Assembly (NCBI GenBank): GCA_003598055.1
Contig: QZKI01000121.1
Span: 7,102-71,101, forward strand
DNA from: Candidatus Abyssobacteria bacterium SURF_17
Lineage (GTDB): Bacteria > Abyssobacteria > SURF-5
DNA: 64,000 nt
Reading direction: 5' to 3'
Numbering within the stretch: the first letter of the stretch is position 1; each line of letters begins with the position of its first letter. The notes under the pieces are model-generated. The model did no database searches. It was not told where the DNA came from and saw only the letters and a program-made list of their open reading frames with translations. Both the position numbers and the translations under genes were made by a program. Shown here piece after piece: positions 30,094 through 38,225 of the stretch.

Positions 30094-31497
30094 TCATGCA
30101 ATTGACCGGTGCGGATTCAACGGGTCATAAACGACTCTGCCGGCATGTCGTTCAGAGATTGCAACACGGATTTCTTCGTGTACTGCACGGGTGAGCGGAT
30201 ACGTAAGAAGAATGATGAAAGCCAAGAGGTTACAGACGCACGGCGCCAGACAATAAAGAATGCGGAGCGTGACCTGCACCGTTGCCGACTGTTCGGCATT
30301 GGGCTCATACCCGGCATAACCGAGGATGGCAAACGCCACACCTACCCCGAACGCTGCAGCAAGCTTTCTCGTGATTGACCAAATCCCAATATAGTGGCCT
30401 TCCCTGCGCTCTCCAGAAAGAAGTTCGTCGTAATCAATGACGTCCGCCTGCATTGCGGACGGAAGCGCGACGGTCGCGCCGAAAGCGGTTCCCGACAGGA
30501 ACACCAATATGCCATACACCAACGTATCGCCGGGACCCAGAAAGAAAACGCCGAAGAAAGCTCCTGTGTTAATTGCCATCGCGGCCAGCCATGCCTTCTT
30601 CCTATCCCATTTCTGTGCGAGAACAACCCATCCCGGCAAAAAGAGAATGCCGGTCAGGAAATAGAGAACAAGAAACAGGTCTGCGTGCGCTGAGCGGAGG
30701 ATGTACTGGACATAATAAAGAATCAGCACGGCAGGCAGATTATTGCCGAGCGAGCTGACCGTGTTTGCGGTAATCAAGATGAGAAAGGGCCGGTTGCGAA
30801 TTACGAGGCCAAGGCCCCGTATCATGGTGAATGAGGCCGACGCTCGCTGGTGAATCCTTTCCCGGAGGGATATCACGCACCACCAACCGAACCCTACGAT
30901 GAGCGGCGCATAAAGAACTGACAGCCAGAAGAATTTGGACCGCTCCCCTTCAGCATTCGGCGGCAACCTGAGAACCCAGGCAACAACTACGGGCGAACTC
31001 GCAGCCGCCAGCGTTCCCACAATGAGCGCGCCATCCCTCATGCTGAACAAAGCGGTCCTCTCATCATAGTCGAACGTGAGTTCCGGCCCCAAGGACTCGT
31101 AAGGCACAACAATAACTGTCCAGAACAGAAATACCATGAAAATCCAGACGCCGAACCAGGCTGTCTCGAACATGGGAGAAGCCATCGGAGGGTTAAACAA
31201 GAGATATATGGAGGCGGCAAGAATTATCACGCCGCCAGCGATGTACGGGCGGCGCCTCCCGAAGCGCGTTCTCGTTCTGTCGGAGAGAAAACCCATCAGC
31301 GGGTCCGTGAGCGCATCAAAGATGCGAACACCAAGGAGAAGATGGCCGAGAATGGCGATGTTGACTCCTACGGTATCCGTGTAGAACTTCGGAATGTGGA
31401 TGTACAGCGGAATACCCACGACGGCGAGCGCAAATGCGGGGGCGGAATATGCAAGTTTCTTGCTTGTTGGAATCTTGCCCTGATTGCTTATATTCAT
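30094..31497 (-). CDS. MFS transporter, GPH (MelB/MFS_2) family
   Basis: RIFDALTDPLMGFLSDRTRTRFGRRRPY, ELTFDYDERT, ADVIDYDEL..G.RREG. Confidence 0.9.
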   Translation of the reverse strand: MNISNQGKIPTSKKLAYSAPAFALAVVGIPLYIHIPKFYTDTVGVNIAILGHLLLGVRIFDALTDPLMGFLSDRTRTRFGRRRPYIAGGVIILAASIYLLFNPPMASPMFETAWFGVWIFMVFLFWTVIVVPYESLGPELTFDYDERTALFSMRDGALIVGTLAAASSPVVVAWVLRLPPNAEGERSKFFWLSVLYAPLIVGFGWWCVISLRERIHQRASASFTMIRGLGLVIRNRPFLILITANTVSSLGNNLPAVLILYYVQYILRSAHADLFLVLYFLTGILFLPGWVVLAQKWDRKKAWLAAMAINTGAFFGVFFLGPGDTLVYGILVFLSGTAFGATVALPSAMQADVIDYDELLSGERREGHYIGIWSITRKLAAAFGVGVAFAILGYAGYEPNAEQSATVQVTLRILYCLAPCVCNLLAFIILLTYPLTRAVHEEIRVAISERHAGRVVYDPLNPHRSIA

Positions 31498-31805
31498 CCG
31501 GATTTGTCTGGACAAATGGCGGCGCCGAAGCGGCCGAATGCAGCCGGCGGACTAGGCCCACAACAAAGAGTCCCACGCGATAAGCCTATTATACCCCCTG
31601 CTTGCCGGCAAATGCCAATTCGCCGGCTATTGGCTTCTCGCGTCCTATGAATGACGCGCTCGACCGAACCCATTTCGCACCAGCTTGCCTTTTCACAATG
31701 AATGTGCATAGTCTTGTTTAGGCGTGGGGAAATAAGCGCGCCCATTTTCAGGAAGGCAAGGCTGGGTCTCGAAATGGAAAACAACCAATACCCGGGAGAA
31801 TGCAC

Positions 31806-32714
31806 ATGAAAGCACTAATTACCGGCGGTCTTGGATTTGTCGGCACGCAGTTATGCTCTCGTCTTCTCAAGAAAGGGCATGCAGTCACAATCGTAGACCA
31901 TTCGCCCCGCCCTCACTCCGGTACGCCGCCGGAAGTGAAATACGTAGCCGGTGACACCACGGCCAGAGGTTCTTGGCAAGACGAGGTCGGGAAGCAGGAT
32001 GCAATCATCAATTTGGCCGGGGCTTCAATCTTCAGGCGCTGGACGGATGAGACCAAGAAGCTGATACATGACAGCAGGGTCCTGACCACCCGCAATGTCG
32101 TTGAGGCGATGGCACAGAAGCGGGACGTGACGCTGTGCAGCGCGTCGGCGGTGGGCTATTATGGTTTCCGGGGCGACGAAGAGGTTACGGAAAAGGGCAA
32201 ACCCGGCGACGACTTTCTTGCTCGTCTCTGTTCCGACTGGGAGAACGAGGCTCACAAGGCGTCGCGTGACGGGGCCAGAGTTGTTGTTACCCGATTCGGC
32301 ATCGTTCTCGGCAAGACCGGCGGGGCGCTGGGGCAAATGATCCCTGCGTTCAAATGGTTTGTCGGAGGCCCGCTGGGAAGCGGCAACCAGTGGTTCTCAT
32401 GGATTCATATGGAGGACCTCCTGGGAGCGATTCTGTTTGTTCTTGAAAAGCACGACCTCGAAGGGCCTGTCAACCTCTGCTCGCCGAATCCCGTCAGGAA
32501 CAAGGAACTGGCGAAAGCACTGGGAAAAATTCTGGGCCGCCCATCTTTTCTGAAAGCGCCCGGTTTCATGATACGCGCAATTCTTGGAGAATTCGGTTCT
32601 GTGCTACTGGAGGGCCAAAGGGTTATTCCCGATAGGCTGCTCAAGGAAGGATTCGCGTTTCACTATCCGGAGCTTACGGATGCGCTGCAGGAGGTCGTTG
32701 GAAAAAAAAGATAA
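31806..32714 (+). CDS. TIGR01777 family NAD-dependent epimerase/oxidoreductase
   Basis: ITGGLGFVG, INLAGA, SAVGYYG, GSGNQWFSWIH, GQRVIP. Confidence 0.92.
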   Translation: MKALITGGLGFVGTQLCSRLLKKGHAVTIVDHSPRPHSGTPPEVKYVAGDTTARGSWQDEVGKQDAIINLAGASIFRRWTDETKKLIHDSRVLTTRNVVEAMAQKRDVTLCSASAVGYYGFRGDEEVTEKGKPGDDFLARLCSDWENEAHKASRDGARVVVTRFGIVLGKTGGALGQMIPAFKWFVGGPLGSGNQWFSWIHMEDLLGAILFVLEKHDLEGPVNLCSPNPVRNKELAKALGKILGRPSFLKAPGFMIRAILGEFGSVLLEGQRVIPDRLLKEGFAFHYPELTDALQEVVGKKR

Positions 32715-32760
32715 GAAATCGTGCGGGACATCCTTGGGACCGGTTGGATACCTGCCAGAT

Positions 32761-32802
32761 AAAGCAAGAGGGAGGCCTCGCTGTCGCCACTCGAAGCCTC
32801 CC
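32761..32802 (-). terminator. Probable intrinsic terminator of the small-protein transcript
   Basis: Minus strand GGGAGGCTTCG...CGAGGCCTCCC stem (one G-U pair) followed by TCTTGCTTT. Confidence 0.55.
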
Positions 32803-32817
32803 CTTCCGTGAATCATC

Positions 32818-32880
32818 CTAACAAGAAGACTTACACTTGCAGGTCCCGCTGAGCTTCTTACTCACCTTGCGAATCTTCAT
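32818..32880 (-). CDS. Unannotated 20-aa basic Cys-rich peptide MKIRKVSKKLSGTCKCKSSC
   Basis: Strong SD GGAGGAGGTGA 6 nt before ATG 32880; TAG at 32818-32820; terminator follows; below the ORF-track length cutoff. Confidence 0.65.
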   Translation of the reverse strand: MKIRKVSKKLSGTCKCKSSC

Positions 32881-32907
32881 CCCACGTCACCTCCTCCGCG
32901 AGGTTGG

Positions 32908-32928
32908 CGCGGCAAACCGTTTGCCGCG
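32908..32928. repeat. GC-rich inverted repeat between small genes
   Basis: cgcggcaaac-c-gtttgccgcg perfect 10-bp stem. Confidence 0.45.
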
Positions 32929-32956
32929 ACTGGGATAATTATATCATTTGAATACG

Positions 32957-33166
32957 TCAGAGTTCAACCGGCTCACAGAGGTTCGCAGCTTTGGCTGCGG
33001 CTCGTCCGCATATGTGACATACGTATTGAGCGTTCTTGGCCAACCTGCCGACCTTATCCATCTGGCGCTTCGCTGTGAGCTCGCAGAGATGGTTGCCGTG
33101 ACCGCCGTGAGACTTCATGAGCTTGTGTTCTGGGACTGTCATCTTCTTCGCTTGTGCCTGGGCCAT
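32957..33166 (-). CDS. Small Cys/His-rich putative metal-binding protein
   Basis: HGGHGNHLC...YVCHICGRAA...NLCEP; AGGAAG/AAGG RBS. Confidence 0.75.
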   Translation of the reverse strand: MAQAQAKKMTVPEHKLMKSHGGHGNHLCELTAKRQMDKVGRLAKNAQYVCHICGRAAAKAANLCEPVEL

Positions 33167-33230
33167 TACAATCCGCCTTTCTTCCTATAATCACTCACCC
33201 TAAAAATAGTTGGTCGCAGAGTCCGTGGAT

Positions 33231-33581
33231 TTAACCACCCTGAACGTTCTCGTCGCGGTCAACCGCCAGCCCTTTGTGTACGTCGCGAACATGCTTCTCT
33301 TTCAACTCTGCGGTTCCCGGCGGCGTCTTCGCGAAATAGAATTCAAAGGCGTCTTCGTTCACCGAAACACGAATGTCAGCCTTGTGATGCTCAGCATAGT
33401 CACGCACGCATTTCCAACTCTCAAGCGCGCACGCTTCCTGAGGGGCTCCTGTCTTCTTTGCCTTGTCATACCAGGCGAGAAGCGAGAACTTCCCCGCCAT
33501 ATCGGCCGCAGCCTCACGCGCAGCCTTTTCGGCCTTCGCGTAATCGACGCCTGAGCCCAATTTCAGATTGATGTTCTTCAT
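33231..33581 (-). CDS. AF1514-like small protein
   Basis: LLAWYD...C...W...YAE...ADIRVSVNEDAFEFYF pattern; AGGAGG RBS. Confidence 0.65.
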   Translation of the reverse strand: MKNINLKLGSGVDYAKAEKAAREAAADMAGKFSLLAWYDKAKKTGAPQEACALESWKCVRDYAEHHKADIRVSVNEDAFEFYFAKTPPGTAELKEKHVRDVHKGLAVDRDENVQGG

Positions 33582-33863
33582 GCCTCGTACCTCCTTGTTT
33601 GTCCTCTAAAGAATGTCCCGCGCGCATAGAACCGCATAGTCCTGGCGCTTGTTACAAATATAACGTTCATCGTAGCCGGACGCTAGTGGGCCGCCGGTAG
33701 TTCGGCATGGAACGACTTTCCTTGCGGATCGGTCGCTTATGGGATGCAAAGCTCACAATTTTCCGCAAACACTCACTCGCGATATGTGCTCTTGTCTATC
33801 CGCATGATTCTGTCCATAATTGAAGCGGGCATGTTTCAGAAAAATAAACCGCAGGAGCGAATC

Positions 33864-33977
33864 ATGAAAACTCTCTTGATCGTAGTCGGCTTGATTCTCT
33901 TGCTAGGCATATCCGCTTTCGCAATCATGGCGCTGAAAGCAACGTCGGGGAGACCAAAGGGGCCCACCGGCGACTAA
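33864..33977 (+). CDS. Small single-TM peptide (37 aa)
   Basis: AGGAG RBS; MKTLLIVVGLILLLGISAFAIMAL hydrophobic helix. Confidence 0.5.
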   Translation: MKTLLIVVGLILLLGISAFAIMALKATSGRPKGPTGD

Positions 33978-34168
33978 CATTGAGCACAGGATTGGTGTAT
34001 TGTCGCTGGCATCCTATCACGGAGTCGACATACCATTCGGGCTGATGCATTCCTGATGAAGCCACTCTGCATCATTGCATCTTGAGTCATTCAGGTTGAG
34101 TGAGGATCTGTTATGACCCAGAAAAGTCGTGAGCCCAAAAAAATGCCCGGCCCTCAAAGATCAGGCAT

Positions 34169-34351
34169 ATGGGAATCATTGTTGAGGATGTTGAAAGGAC
34201 GGCGCTCTCTCTGGGTTTCGGCATCCTGTTTGCGATGATTCCGACGCTGTACTTGGCCGCTGAGGATGCGAGACGTGTCAACGCCAAAATCCGTCACGCC
34301 CTATTATCGGACTCGAAATCTCAACTGGAGCCGGGATCCGGTGGCAGGTAG
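34169..34351 (+). pseudogene. Possible C-terminal remnant of an RND (AcrB-family) permease
   Basis: ALSLGFGILFA..IPTLYLAAEDARR resembles the last TM helix of RND permeases with an internal deletion. Confidence 0.4.
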
Positions 34352-34439
34352 GATGCACAGTTGGGGGTAGCATCCGCTCTCAAAAAGTGAAGGTTCCGCT
34401 TTCAACGCTGCGCTTCAGAAAGATTCAACCAGGTTTCCC

Positions 34440-37400
34440 TCAGAAATATAGGTGTCGCTCGCCGTGCTCAATCATGCCGACGCGCTTCTCGGTTTCGGCG
34501 CGGGTCATGGAAGAGGAAATCTGGTTCGAAGCCTTCCGTATCAGCGCCAGGCCTGCCTCCCGGACTTCGGAGCCTGCGTAGTCTTCCAGATACTCCTTGA
34601 AGGTCAATATCGCATTTGGCAGACAGTAATCCTTAATGAGGCCGGGTTTCGCAAGGTTCATGAAGTGGGCTCCCGTTCGTCCCAGCTTGTAGCAGGCAGT
34701 GCAGAAGGAAGGAATATGTCCCCTATTCACAAGCGGAAGAATGGCGTCGTCGAGATTTCGCGCCCCGTCCACACCTCTGCTCGAATCTATTCCCAACTCA
34801 CCATCAACTCGGCTGCTGGGGTCGGTTCGACTGCCGGCGCTCACCTGCGAAACGCCGAGCGTGAACATTTCGGCTTGCATTTCCGGCGGTGCTTGCGTGC
34901 TTGTAACAATTCCCGCATACGGGACAGCCAGCCGCAGCACGGCTATGACCCTCTTGAAATCTGAATCTGTGAGTGATGGAACAGATTGTTCTGTAGATGA
35001 GGAGTCCTTTGCAGGCTTGAGCCGAAACAAACCGAGCGTGCGCGGCCCTATGCCGTATACGTGTTCGAGATGCCGAATGTGTTGGAGAAGCGCAAGAACC
35101 TCGAAACGATAATCATAAAGCCCGAATAGCAGGCTGATTCCGCTATCACTGATACCACCTTCGAACGCGTGGCCGATGGCATTCAGCCTCCGGGTGTATT
35201 CCGCCGAGGAATCTTCCCCGTGGAGTTTCTTGAACGTGGGCACATGATAGGTTTCCTGAAAGAGCTGGTATGCTGCTATCTTTGACGCTTTCAGTTGCCG
35301 GAATTCCTTCACCGCAAACGGAGGAGCATTCAGGCTAACGTGGCGGATTTCTCCCTCTTCCCCGTGAGTGGACCAAATGGTCGCAATCGACTGCAGGAGA
35401 TAATCGAGTCCCCCATGGGGAACGCCATTGCCGGCAACGAGTAGAACGCGCTTATGTCCTCGCCTCTCAATCAGGCGCACTTCCTCAGCAATTTCCCCTT
35501 GCGACAACGCCTTGGCCTGCTTCTTTCTATCGCTCACGCGAAGGAAGCAATCTTTACAGTCTTCCCGGCAAAAGCTCGATACATATAAGGGAGCGAAAAC
35601 CACGAGTCTATTCCCGAAAATTGACTTTTTGACTTCGTGCGCTGCCTGAAACATCTCCTCCGTGACCGCAGGGCTCGTGCATTGGAGCAGAACCGCTGCT
35701 TCTTCCGTGTGCAGCCCTTTAAGCTCGCGAGCCTTCTTGATGACCTCCTTCACGCGGTCATCCCCCACCCTCGCCGTTGAATCAATATAGTTCTGTATCA
35801 CCCCCTCATCAATGAAGGCCTTCGGCGCCCCGCCGATTTCGATTCCGACCGATTTCTGGGCGCCTTCCTGTGGCGCGACCGGAAGATGCACCGTAAAAGT
35901 GCTGCCGTGTTCCTCCTTGCTCTCCACCGTTATTCTGCCGCCGTGCTGGCTGACGATTTCCTTCACAATCGACAATCCCAGGCCTGTTCCGATTTTCTCC
36001 ATGTCCCGCGCACTTTGAGTCCGAAAGAACTCGTTGAAAATCCGCGGAATGTCCGCCTGCGGAATTCCAATCCCTGTATCGCTTACTTCTATCTTTACGG
36101 ATGTGCTGTCATCGCAGGTACAGAGCATCTTGACGCGCCCGCCCGTCGGAGTGTACTTTATCGCGTTGGAAATCAGATTCTCGAACATCTGTTGAATCAT
36201 TTCCTCGTCGCACTTGATGCCGGGCACGGCATCAGGAATGACAGTCTCAAAGCAAATTCCCTTTTTCTCCGCCTCTGTTTGAAATGTCCGCTGCACCCCT
36301 CTCATCAGCGTAGATACGTCGACAACTTTATGCACTACACTCCGCTTGTCTCTTCTCTGTGCATACAACACCATAAGCTCGTTTATCATGGAGAGCATAT
36401 TACGAATGGGGTATTCAATCCGGCGCAGATAGGACAACTGCCGGTCGTTCAAGTCGCCCAGATACTTCCCTTGCACGACATCAAGGATGCTTATCGCTGC
36501 TGCCAAAGGCGCGCGCAGATTGTGGGTGACGCGCATCATGAACCTCGACCGCTCCTTCACCATTTCCTCGATTTCTTCGTAATAGCGCGCGTTCTCGAGC
36601 GCTATGGCCACAAGCCCGGCGGCCAGCCTGAAGAAATCCACGTCATCACTGCCAAACTCCTCGGCACGCTTTGAATACGCTCCCAGAATTCCGGTGACTC
36701 GGTCCTCCACGGTCAGAGGCACAAACAAAACCGACCTTACCTGCGCTGCTTTCAGATCTTCTCCGAACTGGAACAACTCCCGCTGCGTGACGTGCCCCGT
36801 TACAAACGGGTCCCCCTCGATAATCCTCCGGTTCAAAGGGCTCTTGGCAACCTCGATGACCTTGTCCCTTATTAGCTCACTTGGCAAACCGTATGCAGCG
36901 GCATAGCGAAGTACTTTGCCGTCGTCACTGAGCAATTTGACTGACATTCCTTGCACGTTCATCACTGCAGCAAGTTCCGAAGTGGTGATGTTCATAAGGT
37001 GCTCAAGTCGCTGGTTCGAGACGATGGCTTGGGTCATCACGTAGAGACTTCTGAGCTTGTTGTTGAGGGTCGTCAATTCCTCCGACAGTTCCGCAAGGCT
37101 TACAATCCGCTTCCTGAGCATGCTCATGATAGCGGTTGTTGAAAATGCGGTTATGAACACTGTGGTCGTGAAGAAAATTAAGTTGACCATCATGTGGAAT
37201 GGCGACTGAATGAGATTGAGGGTTCTCCCGTGGAAGATGAGTGAGTGATGCGAAATCCAGCCGAGATATTCTCCAAGGGAAACGAGGGCCATGCCGGCAG
37301 CCGCCAGCGCTGCAAAACCGTATGCCGAGCGCGGACGCAGGAGAATGGACGCGAAGATGATGTGGAAGATGAAGAAGAGTGTGAGCGGACTCGAAACGCC

Positions 37401-37760
37401 ACCCGTGAAATGAATGAGCAGGAACATCGCCGCGTAGTCGAGCGTCACCTGGCAATAGGTGAACCGCTGAATATAGTCGGTTTGTTCCACCGGCACGGTC
37501 GCCAAGGAGCGCCCCCACCGCGCGAAGACCATGTTGTAGGCCAAGATGAACGCTGCAATACCGAAAAGTGCGCCCGCCGAAAATTCCACCCCGACGAGCC
37601 GACCCACGACTGTTCCCGTTGCAATGCAAGGTGGAACCCACCATCTGAGCCGAACAAACCAGACGGTTCGCTCCTTCAGCTCGCCGAGGATGATCCGCTT
37701 GCGCTTATTGACCTCCTCAGGCAGGTTCAGCACTCCCACACTGTTCGGCATCTGGCTCAC
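34440..37760 (-). CDS. Membrane GAF sensor histidine kinase fused to a C-terminal HydG-like radical SAM domain
   Basis: TM region, GAF, H-box THNLRAPL, N/G boxes (ENLISNAIKY, DTGIGI, GTGLGL); then FIDE...GNRLVVFAPLY, CREDCKDC, GHKR, LFQETYH, PSFCTACY...YCLPNAILTFKEYLEDY, GERHLYF; one uninterrupted ORF; GTG 37760 after AGGAG. Confidence 0.9.
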   Translation of the reverse strand: MSQMPNSVGVLNLPEEVNKRKRIILGELKERTVWFVRLRWWVPPCIATGTVVGRLVGVEFSAGALFGIAAFILAYNMVFARWGRSLATVPVEQTDYIQRFTYCQVTLDYAAMFLLIHFTGGVSSPLTLFFIFHIIFASILLRPRSAYGFAALAAAGMALVSLGEYLGWISHHSLIFHGRTLNLIQSPFHMMVNLIFFTTTVFITAFSTTAIMSMLRKRIVSLAELSEELTTLNNKLRSLYVMTQAIVSNQRLEHLMNITTSELAAVMNVQGMSVKLLSDDGKVLRYAAAYGLPSELIRDKVIEVAKSPLNRRIIEGDPFVTGHVTQRELFQFGEDLKAAQVRSVLFVPLTVEDRVTGILGAYSKRAEEFGSDDVDFFRLAAGLVAIALENARYYEEIEEMVKERSRFMMRVTHNLRAPLAAAISILDVVQGKYLGDLNDRQLSYLRRIEYPIRNMLSMINELMVLYAQRRDKRSVVHKVVDVSTLMRGVQRTFQTEAEKKGICFETVIPDAVPGIKCDEEMIQQMFENLISNAIKYTPTGGRVKMLCTCDDSTSVKIEVSDTGIGIPQADIPRIFNEFFRTQSARDMEKIGTGLGLSIVKEIVSQHGGRITVESKEEHGSTFTVHLPVAPQEGAQKSVGIEIGGAPKAFIDEGVIQNYIDSTARVGDDRVKEVIKKARELKGLHTEEAAVLLQCTSPAVTEEMFQAAHEVKKSIFGNRLVVFAPLYVSSFCREDCKDCFLRVSDRKKQAKALSQGEIAEEVRLIERRGHKRVLLVAGNGVPHGGLDYLLQSIATIWSTHGEEGEIRHVSLNAPPFAVKEFRQLKASKIAAYQLFQETYHVPTFKKLHGEDSSAEYTRRLNAIGHAFEGGISDSGISLLFGLYDYRFEVLALLQHIRHLEHVYGIGPRTLGLFRLKPAKDSSSTEQSVPSLTDSDFKRVIAVLRLAVPYAGIVTSTQAPPEMQAEMFTLGVSQVSAGSRTDPSSRVDGELGIDSSRGVDGARNLDDAILPLVNRGHIPSFCTACYKLGRTGAHFMNLAKPGLIKDYCLPNAILTFKEYLEDYAGSEVREAGLALIRKASNQISSSMTRAETEKRVGMIEHGERHLYF

Positions 37761-37787
37761 TTTCTGCTCCTGTATCCTCAACTGCGG

Positions 37788-38192
37788 TCAGCTCTTCCGC
37801 AAAATCCCCTGTATCTTTTCCAGGAGTTTCTTCGTATCCACCGGCTTTTCAAACAACCAGTCGGCGGGCCACTCCTCACCCAAGATTCGCTGAAAGTTTC
37901 CCGGTCCCTCCATGCGCACCTTGTCCAGAAAACAGGTAATCATGATGATGGGCGTATTGGCAAATTCGGGATTGTTCCGAAGCATGCATGCCACGTCAAA
38001 ACCTTCGGTATCAGTTGCCATCATCAGGTCCATGAGTATGAGGTCCGGCCGCCATTCCTTCAGCATTTCCCGAGCCTCGCTCCCATTCTTGGCGGTTTGA
38101 ACCGCGTACCCGTTCTTTTCAAGGACATCGCGGAGGATTCGCCTCATGTCCGAATCGTCGTCCACCACAAAGATTTCGCCCTTGCGCGTCAT
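37788..38192 (-). CDS. Single-domain response regulator (REC)
   Basis: VVDDD, LILMDLMM, MIT, FEKP. Confidence 0.92.
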   Translation of the reverse strand: MTRKGEIFVVDDDSDMRRILRDVLEKNGYAVQTAKNGSEAREMLKEWRPDLILMDLMMATDTEGFDVACMLRNNPEFANTPIIMITCFLDKVRMEGPGNFQRILGEEWPADWLFEKPVDTKKLLEKIQGILRKS

Positions 38193-38225
38193 ATTGACCT
38201 CACGCGAGATTCCGGTTAACGTGAG

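Noticed and set aside
34440-35820. Calling the domain a functional HydG or ThiH
   Set aside because: CX2CX22C argues for HydG over ThiH, but loss of the dangler His and other motifs argues against normal activity; no gene symbol assigned
35800-35890. Separate hydG gene with its own start after the kinase
   Set aside because: No stop codon ends the kinase and no in-frame ATG/GTG/TTG lies in the linker after the weak AGGAAGG; treated as a fusion pending read-level confirmation
37245-38219. 324-aa plus-strand ORF
   Set aside because: Antisense to the kinase and REC genes; no recognisable domain
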